A stretch of DNA of 64,000 nucleotides from an uncultured virus (IMG/VR IMGVR_UViG_2579778730_000001) (lineage: Duplodnaviria; Heunggongvirae; Uroviricota; Caudoviricetes). Of this stretch, positions 38,085 through 49,300 are shown piece after piece; position 1 is the stretch's first letter; every line of letters starts with the position of its first letter. Location: IMG/VR virus record IMGVR_UViG_2579778730_000001; one strand, written 5' to 3'. A program made the translations under genes and the position numbers. The notes below the pieces were generated by a model, which was given only the letters and a program-made list of their open reading frames with translations, was not told where the DNA came from and made no database searches.

Positions 38085-40739
38085 CTACTGATCAAACTTG
38101 GCTGGGTAAGGATCTTCTTTATCTTTATCCTTACAAGGATGCCGTAGCCATTTTTGCCAACCTTGAGGATCCTCCTGAATATCAATTTCGCTGTCAAAAT
38201 CCTCCAGCTCGCAACTATCTAACTTCTCTTCAACACTGTGTTTATGGCGTATAAATGATGCCAACTGATCCTGGTCGAAGGTACCTGCAAGGTAGGGATA
38301 ATTGATAATCATCTCAGCCGCCCCCTGGACTTGAAGCATTGTATTGATTCGACCAAAGAGGCGATCAACCCGTCCATTCCTCTGCTCGTTATCACCAGGA
38401 GTCCAGGCGATGCCATAATGATGAACTTGATTGCATTGAAGATGAAGATTCACGCCTTCCTGCAACACAGAGGTTGCTACCAGCACATTAGGGAAGAAAG
38501 GTGAATTAAATCCACGAATTAAACGTTCGCGATTTTTTGACTGCCCGCTGGCATACCAACTTGGACTACTCAAGCTAGTGAACTCGCGCCAAGTATATTG
38601 AGTATTATCTAGTTTCTGGCCAACAATTTTCACACATAGCGTTTCGAAAGTTTCAATGGCAGCCACAAAATAACGTAGCATCAGTGATCCATTCAATTTT
38701 GGGGTGACCCATTCTACAAAATGCTGATATCGCTGCTGGACCTCACCTGTTTGAGGTCGACGGTTGAACTCTGTAAACCAGCAATAGAGCTCAATGATCA
38801 CAGGGCTGGCAAACAGGTAACCCGTGCGAAGATAGTTGGCAAAGTTCTCAATAATTGCCATACCGTTAGGCTGGTCACGCCACTTAATCAATTGCTCTTT
38901 TGCTGGCCGCGGCAGCTCATGAAACATCAATCCCCAGGCTGTGGGCAAAGCAGTGATATATTTGATTTTCTGAGCTGTTGTCGACTGCTGCAGCCGGGCA
39001 TCTCTCGCGGCATCACCATAGCTGTCACGTTGACGTTCACCAGACTCTTTGCGGTAATGATAATGATAGGTCCCGGTCGTACCATCCAATGCAGGCTCAA
39101 GAAATAATGAAAAGAGGCTTTCAGGGCGACGGAAACGCAAACTAACGTTGGCGCAGTCGGTACTGCGCAGGCCCGTTTTCTTCATAACAAATAGCTCGGC
39201 AATTTTACTTGAAAGCTTTAGCTCGTTATCCGTTTCAGGCTCATCTGTCTCCCCGTCCTCCAGCATATGCTCATCAAAATCGGACTTTTCATTGGATTTT
39301 TCCGATAAAAGCTTAACAAAAATATCTCGGGACCAACCCGACTCTCGCCATTCTGCCAGCGCCTTTGCAGGTAGCTGCCAGACATTCATCAATCGCTCAG
39401 CCATTATTTCATCATAACGTGCGTTGATGCGCTGAGTAATTTCGCGTACAGATGGTATTCGACGAACAAAAACCAAATGCTTACTACAATGTAGCGGCTG
39501 AGACTGCTTGAACGGATCACTGGTAAAGCAGGCCTCTACCAGAGTGTCGTATTTGGGATGATCTGGAAAGCGGTTATAGATATCGTGAAACTGCCGGGTC
39601 AAGCTATTGAGCAGAGCAGAATCCGGCGCGTGGTTGAAGTCATTATGGATTTGCCCCTCTTCATCACTACTATTATCCCGCTCACTTGCGGTACTGCCCG
39701 TTGATTCAAACCCTTCAAGATAGCCATATAGCATGCGCCTGCCGCCACCTGCCTTTTTCTCTTTGTCCAGTTGAACCACGAGTTGTTTCTGATATAGAGC
39801 AAAAAACAACTCAGCATCCATCTTATTAGTAAAACTGGAAATGCTAGCGCGCTCATGACGATATTCATATTTGCTGTGGCTGCTCTCTCTGCCCTGCATT
39901 TTGCGCAGTCGGCGGATGGCAAAATCATTCATCAGCGCACGGACATCATCCTCTGCATAACGTTTTGGCATGTCACTGAAGTAGCTAAATATGTCATAAA
40001 CATTTCGCGATGCTGAGTGATTTGGAGTTGCCGTCAACAACAGTACATTGCTCCCCAGCCGGTCCTGCGCATCACCAAAGAAGGCCTGAGCGGCGGCGGC
40101 ACGCTGTGATCCGCTTCGGTTACGAAAGTAATGAGCCTCATCGATTATAATTAAGTCAAACCCTCCTTTTCCAAGAGCTTGCTTAATCTGCTGACGATAT
40201 AACACGCCATAAGACGCGGCAGCATTTAAAGCATCTTTTTTTTCATCTGGAGGGACCAGACCGCTTAGTGAATGGATAGTAGTAAGGTAAAAATGGTGAG
40301 ATTTTTTTTCCACAGCGGCCGCCAGCTCCGCCAGTCTGCCATAAATTTGTGGGGCATATTTTGTCTTACCCTCTAAAGTGGTAAAGGCATTATGTTCAGC
40401 CCGATAGTGTATCTCTGTGAAAATGCTAAATTCTCTCTCCCAGTTATCACAGAGCGTCCTGTTAGGTGCCATAACCAGAATGCGTGCATCAGGTTTTGCC
40501 TGCCATAACAACAACATTACTCCCATCGCCTGATAAGTTTTCCCCATGCCGACTTCATCAGCAAGGAGTGCCAGTCGTTGTTTATTCAGCAAATTCCACA
40601 ACCCAGCCACCCCCTCTGCCTGCTTCGCCGCCATGCTGGAAGCACCGGATTGATACTGCCAGTGCGTATCAGTTGCATCGAAATTCATCACGGCTGAAAC
40701 CTCAACCGGGGTAATGATCTGTTTTAACTTATTCGCCAT
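38085..40739 (-). CDS. SNF2-like SF2 helicase/ATPase
   Basis: LADEVGMGKT, DEAH, LTATP, QEGVNLH, EQRNGRVDR. Confidence 0.9.
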   Translation of the reverse strand: MANKLKQIITPVEVSAVMNFDATDTHWQYQSGASSMAAKQAEGVAGLWNLLNKQRLALLADEVGMGKTYQAMGVMLLLWQAKPDARILVMAPNRTLCDNWEREFSIFTEIHYRAEHNAFTTLEGKTKYAPQIYGRLAELAAAVEKKSHHFYLTTIHSLSGLVPPDEKKDALNAAASYGVLYRQQIKQALGKGGFDLIIIDEAHYFRNRSGSQRAAAAQAFFGDAQDRLGSNVLLLTATPNHSASRNVYDIFSYFSDMPKRYAEDDVRALMNDFAIRRLRKMQGRESSHSKYEYRHERASISSFTNKMDAELFFALYQKQLVVQLDKEKKAGGGRRMLYGYLEGFESTGSTASERDNSSDEEGQIHNDFNHAPDSALLNSLTRQFHDIYNRFPDHPKYDTLVEACFTSDPFKQSQPLHCSKHLVFVRRIPSVREITQRINARYDEIMAERLMNVWQLPAKALAEWRESGWSRDIFVKLLSEKSNEKSDFDEHMLEDGETDEPETDNELKLSSKIAELFVMKKTGLRSTDCANVSLRFRRPESLFSLFLEPALDGTTGTYHYHYRKESGERQRDSYGDAARDARLQQSTTAQKIKYITALPTAWGLMFHELPRPAKEQLIKWRDQPNGMAIIENFANYLRTGYLFASPVIIELYCWFTEFNRRPQTGEVQQRYQHFVEWVTPKLNGSLMLRYFVAAIETFETLCVKIVGQKLDNTQYTWREFTSLSSPSWYASGQSKNRERLIRGFNSPFFPNVLVATSVLQEGVNLHLQCNQVHHYGIAWTPGDNEQRNGRVDRLFGRINTMLQVQGAAEMIINYPYLAGTFDQDQLASFIRHKHSVEEKLDSCELEDFDSEIDIQEDPQGWQKWLRHPCKDKDKEDPYPAKFDQ

Positions 40740-42630
40740 AACTACAGTCTTCCATGATAGCAGCGAGATAACGTAGGCTAGTGGCATCGCTAGTTAGGGG
40801 GGGAATTGCAACCTGTAGAGACTCCCACAAGTGCACAGCCACAGATATGGCTTCAGCCCCTTGTTTGTGACGTATGCTTTTAACACGCTTTCTTGCCAGA
40901 GCGGCCAGAGTGTTAACTTCTTGGGCCAGAAACCAGTTAAATACTAGCTGAGTCGGTTGATTTATACGCTCCCTGGCTATTTCAGCCAATTCCTGTAAGC
41001 AACCTGGTTCACTGAACAAACGACGATACAGCTGAGTGCCATCGTCCGCGTCTGCTAGCCAGTTGCGCCGTTGTTGGATAGCCTGAAAGAGGCGGAAATA
41101 GCTAGTGGCATCTAAATTCATGGCTTGCGCCATCCCCTCACTTTGCTCTTCATCCTGCGCGCCAGCACAGCGCAGCATAAGGCGATCACTCAATGCGGGA
41201 TCCACTGAATTCAGATAGCTGTTAAGTAAGTCATCTAGCGACTTAAAGCTCAACGCACGCCGGTGTTCAATACCGCTTTCAACGATCATGCCCTGCCAGT
41301 CGGTTATTCCAGTTCTACGAAGGGTATAAAAAGGGTTATCCAATACGGCATTGCTTTTTAATACCGTCAATTGCCGGGGCGATTTCAGACCTATACCGGT
41401 AGCTTTCCATACCAATTCATTTGCCCCGTTGATACCGGGCAATATCAGTTGATAACCTGACGCAGGCTTACCACCGAACCATTGCCCGGAAATCTGATAC
41501 TCACATCGAGTCCAGTCAAAAATAACGCTCAGATCGAAAGGTTGAAGTTCATCAGGCTCCAGCGCCTCTTCCTCCAACAATGCTTCACTGGCGAAATTCT
41601 CTTCATTAACATCATCCCATTCTTTGCCGCAAATCGTGATGTTACGAGAGACCGGATGCACAATTCCCGCTTCTACATTCCAGTTTGCCTCAGGTAAGCT
41701 GCTGCAACCCGGGTTGGTGAAATTCCAGGACCCCACGGCAAGTTGCGTACCGGTATTGCTTTTCGCCAGCCAGAGCTTGGCGTGGGTCATCAATGCCCTA
41801 TCGTCCTTGGGCACTGGAGAGCGATACACGGTAAGCTTTTTATTTGTAATCATTGCCTGAATACTGTCACTCCATCGAGTGCGGATATAACGTCCCTCAA
41901 CCAAATCCGGAACCAGTTCTACGAGCACTTCATGCCCAATATTGTCGATAAACCCTGCTAAATCCTCAGCAAGATAAGGCGACCAAACACTGAGTGTATG
42001 AATCTCACCGCCGTTTTTTAATGCATCTAGCAGTGTGCAACCAGCCAGACTGTGAATAAATGACCAATCAGGATCATCACCGAGAAACTTGCGACGGGTT
42101 GGGAAAAATTCTTCATCATTCAGACTGTTATCAATTGTGGTAAAAAATCGTTTTACCTGCTGGTATTGGGCATTACTTGCAACACAACGAAAATCCACAG
42201 TTTCTTGATTTCGCCCCCACCCACTAAGCGTAAGGTTGGCACTGCCCGCACCCACAATAATCTTTCTGTAGTGATCTTCGAGATAAAATACTTTTGGGTG
42301 AAACAGCCCGCGCTCTTTATCCAGATAAGACTCTTCGCTTTGAGCCAGCTTACGCACCGACACCGGATATACCGCAATGGAGGTACGTTTCGGCTTTTCT
42401 TTCGCAATCATGCGCGGATCGCAGTAGATGCGGAAATCAATACCACTCTCATTCAGCGCACGCTGCAGACCTTCGTAATCCATACGACTAACGGGCGGGT
42501 CCATACCCAACACAGCAGGAAGTACCCACGTTTCAACAAAAGAGATATCCAGATTAAAGGTGGTGAGCCAGACACGTTTCAACATACCCATATCAGCAAT
42601 TTGCTTTTTGAAGACATCTAACAGCTTCAT
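40729..42630 (-). CDS. Phospholipase D-superfamily protein with two HxK motifs (probable nuclease/phosphodiesterase)
   Basis: FHPKVFYLE...GSANLT and THAKLWL...GSWNFT. Confidence 0.82.
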   Translation of the reverse strand: MKLLDVFKKQIADMGMLKRVWLTTFNLDISFVETWVLPAVLGMDPPVSRMDYEGLQRALNESGIDFRIYCDPRMIAKEKPKRTSIAVYPVSVRKLAQSEESYLDKERGLFHPKVFYLEDHYRKIIVGAGSANLTLSGWGRNQETVDFRCVASNAQYQQVKRFFTTIDNSLNDEEFFPTRRKFLGDDPDWSFIHSLAGCTLLDALKNGGEIHTLSVWSPYLAEDLAGFIDNIGHEVLVELVPDLVEGRYIRTRWSDSIQAMITNKKLTVYRSPVPKDDRALMTHAKLWLAKSNTGTQLAVGSWNFTNPGCSSLPEANWNVEAGIVHPVSRNITICGKEWDDVNEENFASEALLEEEALEPDELQPFDLSVIFDWTRCEYQISGQWFGGKPASGYQLILPGINGANELVWKATGIGLKSPRQLTVLKSNAVLDNPFYTLRRTGITDWQGMIVESGIEHRRALSFKSLDDLLNSYLNSVDPALSDRLMLRCAGAQDEEQSEGMAQAMNLDATSYFRLFQAIQQRRNWLADADDGTQLYRRLFSEPGCLQELAEIARERINQPTQLVFNWFLAQEVNTLAALARKRVKSIRHKQGAEAISVAVHLWESLQVAIPPLTSDATSLRYLAAIMEDCSYGE

Positions 42631-44009
42631 GCAGAATGCCCCCATAAACCGTTCAGCAAATGTCTGAACTGTGGTAGATAATAACGGTTTACCCAGTCGC
42701 TATTCTGACGATCTTCGCGTAGCGAACATGGTGGTACCTGCAGCAAAATATCATCACCTTCAAGCAGGAGCCACGGGAACTGCCCCCTTGACTCCATTAT
42801 CTTGTGATGATAATCCAGCAAGCCTCGAACCTGATCTTCCAGCGACGGCATACAGGCCAGTGCTAATAGTTGCTGAAAACGTCTGGCGGGCGTACCGGAA
42901 AGCGAGGAAAGGAGCACATCATTTTCCAGAAGCTGAGCCGCCTTTTGTGGCAGATCAAGTTCCGTAAGACCGCGCGACTGCCAGAATTGACGAAATTCTG
43001 CCAAAGTCTGACTACTCTGTCGGCGTAAGCCTGAAAACATCAGGTCGATCAGGGATAAAAATGGCTCCGCCTGACTGATATGTTGTAACGCCCTGAGGTC
43101 ACTTTCATTCATTTCAGGCATACTTTTCGCCTGATGCATGGCACGTTTGAAAACTTCAGCATCTGTAAGCTCTAACTCGTCCAAACGTTCCTGCTTGAGT
43201 ACCCGATAAATAGCACCCGCTGCATATTTATCTAACCCCGTTCTTTGTAGCCAGAATATTCGCGAATAATCCCCGACCATTTTCGGGTCGCGGAATGCCT
43301 TTACATACGCCTTTTTTAGGCCGACAGGAATATCTTCGAAAAATGGGTTGAGGTCGCGCTTATGTGAGGCCTGCATTTTCAATTGCATGTAAGTCAATGC
43401 CGCTGCATGTAATTTTTTCAGCTCTGGTACATTCCGAATAAATGCCTCTGCTGCCTGCCACACTGGCTTGCTTTCCGGCAGATCATAGCGATAATCAGTA
43501 GAGAAAAAATGCATTTTCATCATTGGCGATTTATAGCGCCCATTGGTACCAAGAGCGATCTGATTAGTCAGTAACTCACTACTTTTCTCATGACCAAAAA
43601 ATATCTGAGGATTTTTATTTGCAGCGTTCCATTTAGATCTGGCTTTATTAATACCCTGCACACCAGTGAGAGTGACACCTCTTTTTTCAGCCGCCAGCAT
43701 GGAGTAGATATAAATATTTTCCAAATGGATCAGACAGGCAACTCTAAACTCATGTAATTGCTTTTTGGGATACAGACCTTTCATCACGCCTGAAGTTTGC
43801 AGCTTTTCATCGACCAGTATCTGGCGCAATACGCTGTGATGCAGCAGATTCAGCGTATATTGCCGTACATCATTTGCGATAGAAGTAATACGGCTATGAA
43901 AGATGTCCTGCCCCCAGGACGACCAGATGACTAATTGCCCAAGCGGATCCACATTCAACTCACCCGTTAGCGAGTCATCGTATTCAGTCAGAAATTTCTC
44001 GATGTACAT
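42627..44009 (-). CDS. Hypothetical protein, first gene of a three-gene module
   Basis: 460 aa; N-terminal FLTEYD..G...DPLG motif; ATGA overlap with the PLD gene. Confidence 0.8.
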   Translation of the reverse strand: MYIEKFLTEYDDSLTGELNVDPLGQLVIWSSWGQDIFHSRITSIANDVRQYTLNLLHHSVLRQILVDEKLQTSGVMKGLYPKKQLHEFRVACLIHLENIYIYSMLAAEKRGVTLTGVQGINKARSKWNAANKNPQIFFGHEKSSELLTNQIALGTNGRYKSPMMKMHFFSTDYRYDLPESKPVWQAAEAFIRNVPELKKLHAAALTYMQLKMQASHKRDLNPFFEDIPVGLKKAYVKAFRDPKMVGDYSRIFWLQRTGLDKYAAGAIYRVLKQERLDELELTDAEVFKRAMHQAKSMPEMNESDLRALQHISQAEPFLSLIDLMFSGLRRQSSQTLAEFRQFWQSRGLTELDLPQKAAQLLENDVLLSSLSGTPARRFQQLLALACMPSLEDQVRGLLDYHHKIMESRGQFPWLLLEGDDILLQVPPCSLREDRQNSDWVNRYYLPQFRHLLNGLWGHSA

Positions 44010-44149
44010 TTCGTTGCGTCAGTCGCTTATGCCCACAGGGCTAACAACACGCAATCAGTGCACTGCGAAAGCCCTTCCATGTTCCACTTTCTTTCCTGGC
44101 ACTTACCAAATCAGCAAATCAGTGGCCGATATTGATGAGTGCTAAAATG

Positions 44150-44183
44150 CAGATAACCAGAAGCTGTAGCTTCTGGTTATCTG
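44150..44183. repeat. Perfect 16-bp inverted repeat
   Basis: cagataaccagaagct-gt-agcttctggttatctg, 6 nt after the UvrD stop. Confidence 0.85.
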
Positions 44184-44189
44184 GCTGGA

Positions 44190-46313
44190 TTACTCGCTTT
44201 CAGGCTCCAGTAAAAAACTAGGTTTACCGTAAGACGAAACAAACAATCCTTTTACCGCGCGCGTTGCAGCCACATGGAGCAACGCTCGTTCATTAAATAA
44301 TGCATCGCGCTGTTCTACAGGGTCATCAGATGCAATTGCTTTGACTTCCGGCACAACACCATCGTTGATGCCCGCAAGAAACACATACTGGAACTCCAAC
44401 CCCTTAATGCGGTGCATCGTTGCCATACGCACACCAGGGCGTTGATCACTATCACCACTATCCTGACCTAAATTATAGGTCTCGATTCCAGCATCATTCA
44501 GAGCAGAAGCATAACGCTCGTAAGCATGCTTCGTACGAGCGGTAATGCAGATATCCTGGGAACGGACATCATTGGCTAACAACGCCTGAATTTGCTTGAT
44601 AATCGTCGCAGCCTCTTCTTTAAAATCTGAAGCATGAGTGATCATGGGTTTTTCACCATGAAGCAATGATAAATAATCGTTGCTGGCATCAGTTTCACCA
44701 TCCAGGTTGTCAACCTTAACGCCGGTTAACAACCCGACAGCAAACTGTCGCGTCTCTTCTGTAGTCCGGTAGTTAATTTTCAGTTTTTTACTACGGCGCC
44801 CACGAACGTTAATCCCACACTGACCTAGAACGACTTTATTGCGGTAAATACGCTGATGTCCATCACCCACGATAAAGAGATCGTTAGGAGACTCTGGAAC
44901 CAGGCTACGAATAAGGGTAAAGGCCGGTGCGCCTATATCCTGAGCTTCATCGACTACGATACTGCTATAAGGCAATTGCACCTGTTTTTCTTTAAACAGA
45001 ATGATAGCCTCATGCATGGCATCTCCCATCTCTCGCAGTTTGGCTCGCGCCATTTGTGCCCGGAACTCTTCGAACACAGGCCAGATTTTCGCACGCTGAA
45101 TACGGGATAACGCCGTGCCACGACCAATACGACTCACCTTCAGATATTCTTCACGGCTGTAAACCGCATTCGGCTGAACAACACGTTGCCACTCTTCAGA
45201 ATAAAAGTTATCCGGTAATCCCAATTCAGCAGGAACTTGCTGCAAGGCATAGTTCCAGCATTTACGTCGCCCTTCATCGCTGTCATAGACCACGCGGAAA
45301 TCATATCCATGGCGTTTAAGCTGCTCGCTCATCCAGGCATCAATGTTAACAACTTCAATACGCGCCATCTCCTCACGGCTACACAAACGCTGGAGGTTGG
45401 CGCGAATATCCGCCGCCAGGTTACGGGTGAAGGTTGTGAACAGAACTTTTTTACCGGGTTTATCGGCCAGGCGTTGGGATAACCAACGTGCACGATGCAT
45501 CGCAACAACTGTTTTACCCGTGCCTGCACCACCTAACACTCGCACCGGACCATTTGCCGGAGACTCCACCAGTTTTCGCTGGCTCGGGTGCAGGAATACA
45601 CGCCATTTTTCCAGTGGCGCATTGAGCATTTGCAGTAGCTCCTGTTCATTTTCAACGACATGGAAACGACGTTTACTTCTCTCAATTGCCTCAATAAAGT
45701 CGTTGGTATCAACAGGCTCATCACGGTGATCGTTAAACTCCTCCAGCACTTCCTGGTAATCCAGACCTTCTGCCAGCCAGTGTAGGGGCTCCCAGGCTTC
45801 TGCCGGCATCACGCTTTCCAGCTGATTCAGCCCTGTGGTATCCACAAGAGCCATCACCTGCTCAATAAACACAGGAGGAACACCCAGCGCGAGGATCTGC
45901 TCTGCCGTATACGCAGCAAAGAGTTTGGGTTTATCGACAACAGTCGGCTCGGGGGTAGGTTTGATATAGCTGGTATCAATCACCTGAATCGCACCGGTTA
46001 CCGGGTGAATCGCACATTCGTGTCGCCGCGCCCAGTCGTAGGCTTCGTCGTGCTTATCCACCCACATCAGCATATACAGAGCACCCTGCTCAGGTTTCAG
46101 GACGATCCCCCGGTAGGTTTGGTCTATACGCACGGAATGCACATTATTGCTGCGTGCATCGTGGATCTTTTCGTAGTTCAGCCCATTACTCGTCGGATCC
46201 TGGCGGAACTTAGAGATGAATTCCTGGACCTTTTTTTGCTGCGCTTTAGGAATCCGCGCAAAAGCCCCCAGAAAACCATCAGAAAGTGCCACCTTTGGCG
46301 TTGGAATCGTCAT
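44190..46313 (-). CDS. UvrD/REP-like SF1 helicase with N-terminal RelE/ParE-like domain
   Basis: GGAGTGKT, VDEAQD, GDGHQRIY, NYRT, TMHRIKGLEF, VAATRA; N-terminus SDGF...QKKV...SVRIDQTYRGI. Confidence 0.88.
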   Translation of the reverse strand: MTIPTPKVALSDGFLGAFARIPKAQQKKVQEFISKFRQDPTSNGLNYEKIHDARSNNVHSVRIDQTYRGIVLKPEQGALYMLMWVDKHDEAYDWARRHECAIHPVTGAIQVIDTSYIKPTPEPTVVDKPKLFAAYTAEQILALGVPPVFIEQVMALVDTTGLNQLESVMPAEAWEPLHWLAEGLDYQEVLEEFNDHRDEPVDTNDFIEAIERSKRRFHVVENEQELLQMLNAPLEKWRVFLHPSQRKLVESPANGPVRVLGGAGTGKTVVAMHRARWLSQRLADKPGKKVLFTTFTRNLAADIRANLQRLCSREEMARIEVVNIDAWMSEQLKRHGYDFRVVYDSDEGRRKCWNYALQQVPAELGLPDNFYSEEWQRVVQPNAVYSREEYLKVSRIGRGTALSRIQRAKIWPVFEEFRAQMARAKLREMGDAMHEAIILFKEKQVQLPYSSIVVDEAQDIGAPAFTLIRSLVPESPNDLFIVGDGHQRIYRNKVVLGQCGINVRGRRSKKLKINYRTTEETRQFAVGLLTGVKVDNLDGETDASNDYLSLLHGEKPMITHASDFKEEAATIIKQIQALLANDVRSQDICITARTKHAYERYASALNDAGIETYNLGQDSGDSDQRPGVRMATMHRIKGLEFQYVFLAGINDGVVPEVKAIASDDPVEQRDALFNERALLHVAATRAVKGLFVSSYGKPSFLLEPESE

Positions 46314-49300
46314 TTGTCACCTCCGGACAGATGCTGCAATGTATTTTCGTCAATTGGCCCGAATGCAACGTGCCAACCTTTACTTGCGAATAAAGCAGTA
46401 AACTCCTGATTATCAATAATCAAGGCTTGCTTTTGTAATGGCCAGGCGAGATCGGCTTCTGCAATAATTTCGCCATCGTCATGCTGCAATTCATATCCAA
46501 CCGTCGGTGCCGGTAGTGATAACGACTGAAGCAAAGCGATTTCTTCTGCGCCCAATAAGCCAAACTCAAGTATTTCTGCCCAGCTCTCGTCAGGCTGAAT
46601 ATCCACTACAACCGAAGTCTGCATTTTTACCGTTTCAGCCTCCTGCGGTAAATGAACCGCTTTACGGCTGGTAAATGTCATATCTGGCAGGAACTGCAGT
46701 AAATTCACCATCCACCAGAAACCGTTAAATCCGGCTTCATAGCCATCATCCTGGGAATAACGATCGTCAAAGCAAATATGCAGCCTCAACCAATTTCGCA
46801 TTTGTTCAATGCTTGTCGTTGATTTAATGGCTTGTTGCGGTACAACAGCTGCCAGCTCAATGAACTGTTGTGATGAACTACAGCTATCCAGTAAACCACC
46901 AAATACAAAAGGTTCATCAGGCAAAAGTGCATTCAACCGATAAGCGGGAGCGTTCTCCTGCATTTCATAGGCGTACTTTTGTTTGGCTCCAGTATCCTGC
47001 GACTTTTTAGGATCCAGCCACACCCAGGCAAAGGCAGCGGCCATTTTCTGCCATAGCATAGTTTTATTACCGGGATCAGAGAGATAATCGAGTAGCAGTG
47101 CAAAACTGTTTCTCTCCCGGAATGAACCTTCAAGCGTAGCAAAGTTTGTATCATGGAACAGGTTATAAAACTTAGGCTGTTTCATATCCGGATTATGGCC
47201 AAGCCCCATAACATTCTGTACATGTTTAATGCCTTGTTCTTGAAGGTCAGCCCAGGTCAGTGTCCATACCCAAAAATTACCGCTGTCTTTAATCGCCTGC
47301 CGTTTTTGGACATCATCCGACACGCTATCTTTATGAAAAGCAAAACCATCCAGGAAAATTGCTACCGGTTTTATCTTTTCTGACTGCATCAGAGGGTAGA
47401 GCACATAATCTGGTCGGCTAAGGATGCCAACCCCTTCTTTAACCCCTAAATCAATCTGTGCTTTGAGATGCCAGCTCATCGCCGGTTCTGTACGGGTATT
47501 AATAATCCAGCCTGCATTCTGATGGGCATAACTCCGGCTCACGAGAAGATTTTTGTTATCCTGCAGGCAGTGAATGAACCGTTTTTCCAGTTCACTCCCC
47601 ATCATGGCATCAAGCGAAATGTTTTTGATGGAATCAATAACGCGTATAGAAGCACTGGCCTTCAGGATTTTCGCCAGTAAGAGACGCGCCTGATCTCTTG
47701 ATACATACTTCATACGCCCGCGGTCACGGTAAGCGTAAACACAGCGATAGCAGCCGTCTTTATGCGTATCATGGTTGCAGCTGCATTCCACTAGCGCCTT
47801 GTAGGCCAGCTCAAGTAATTTCAGAAGGTTGTCAGGTGTACGCATCAATTCTTTGAGTGAGCCAGTCCCCCCTGGTACGGTGTCGTAAATCACCAGATAC
47901 TGACGCCAGGATTCGCCCTCATTTTCCGGCTCGCGATACACCACGCCTTTCAGATGATCCACGTTACCTTTGAAGTAATGTTTAAGCCCAAGCTGAATGG
48001 CTGCACCCAGGGAGGCTTCCACCACGCGATCGTTGCTGTAGCTGGTCACTGGCAGCAGGATACGCAATGCCTCAGATTCCAGTTGGCGATAAAGGTAGAG
48101 ATAATCTTCAAACTTCGCTTTTTCGGGTTCAGCGCGATATTTACAGCTCAGGTCATGACGAGGTTCATGATCGCGAGGGCGCTGCACCATGCCGCAGCCG
48201 AGGCAAACTTTAAACCCGGTGCGTTTCTTTGCCTCTCCTGCGATCATCAGTTCATTGGCATCATCCGCCATTTTGCCAAAGTTGATATCTCGCAGAGTCA
48301 CTTTGCTCAAAAACTCAAAGCCAAACGGGATTTCTCCTTCATCAATGGCATAAGCGGCCGATACATCCTCTTTTTCGAAGCTGACCAGCAGCTGTCGCTG
48401 GAAGAATGCCGGTTCTCGGCTATCGCTCTCATCACTGATCTGGCTGTCCCGGGCGCTTGAGCGGGCATAAACCTGGCGAAGCTTCAGTAACGTCGTTTTT
48501 TGTCCGGCATCAGCCCAACCTGGTGTGCCGCATTTAGGGCAGTATTTATGCTGATCGCCGGTCTGATCGATATTCTCGCTGTAGTTACAGTGGCTGCAAA
48601 TACGCCAGTTTTCAGGCTCAGACAATTTAAGATCAATCTGTTCGATTTCAACTTTATGCCCGCCCGCATAGAAGTTATTCAACGGGGCCAGTTCAGCCAG
48701 CGCCGTTGATGCCGGACGTTCGTATTCGTAGGTCGTGTTCTGATACTCACGCGTCTCCCCACCGTCTTTACGCCGCCACAGCACAGAACGCAGCGTAATA
48801 CCGGCCTCCGGGAAGGCATAGTTGGGAAGTAATCCTTCATCGGTGAGGAAATTAAGCGTTTGCTTGTTATTGATCTGGTTCACCAGGGCCATCAGCGCCT
48901 GACGTTCCGAAGTCAACTCGCGCATATCGCTGTCAAAGTTTTGATCGTGCGGATCGCTCTCCAGCTTGTCGATACTGCGCTTGAGTTTATCAATCCGGGA
49001 ACGCAACGATTTGCGATCTTCCACCAGCAGTTTTAATGCTTGTTCGATACGTTGAACCAGAGAACGCTGCCCTGATGCCCCTTGCAAATATGACAGTAAC
49101 TGTAGACGAGTGTCTTCCGTAAGATCCGGGAAGATGGACGAAAACTGCTGAGCAATATCCGCATGATGTTGTTCAACATAACGCAGGAAGTTATAAGGGA
49201 ACCCAGACTTGTGTCCAAACTCCAGCTCGTCCAGCATCTGCTTCACGTTTTTGCTGATAGCAGATGCCGGGACGCCGGTTTTCACCCAGTTGTCCATGCA

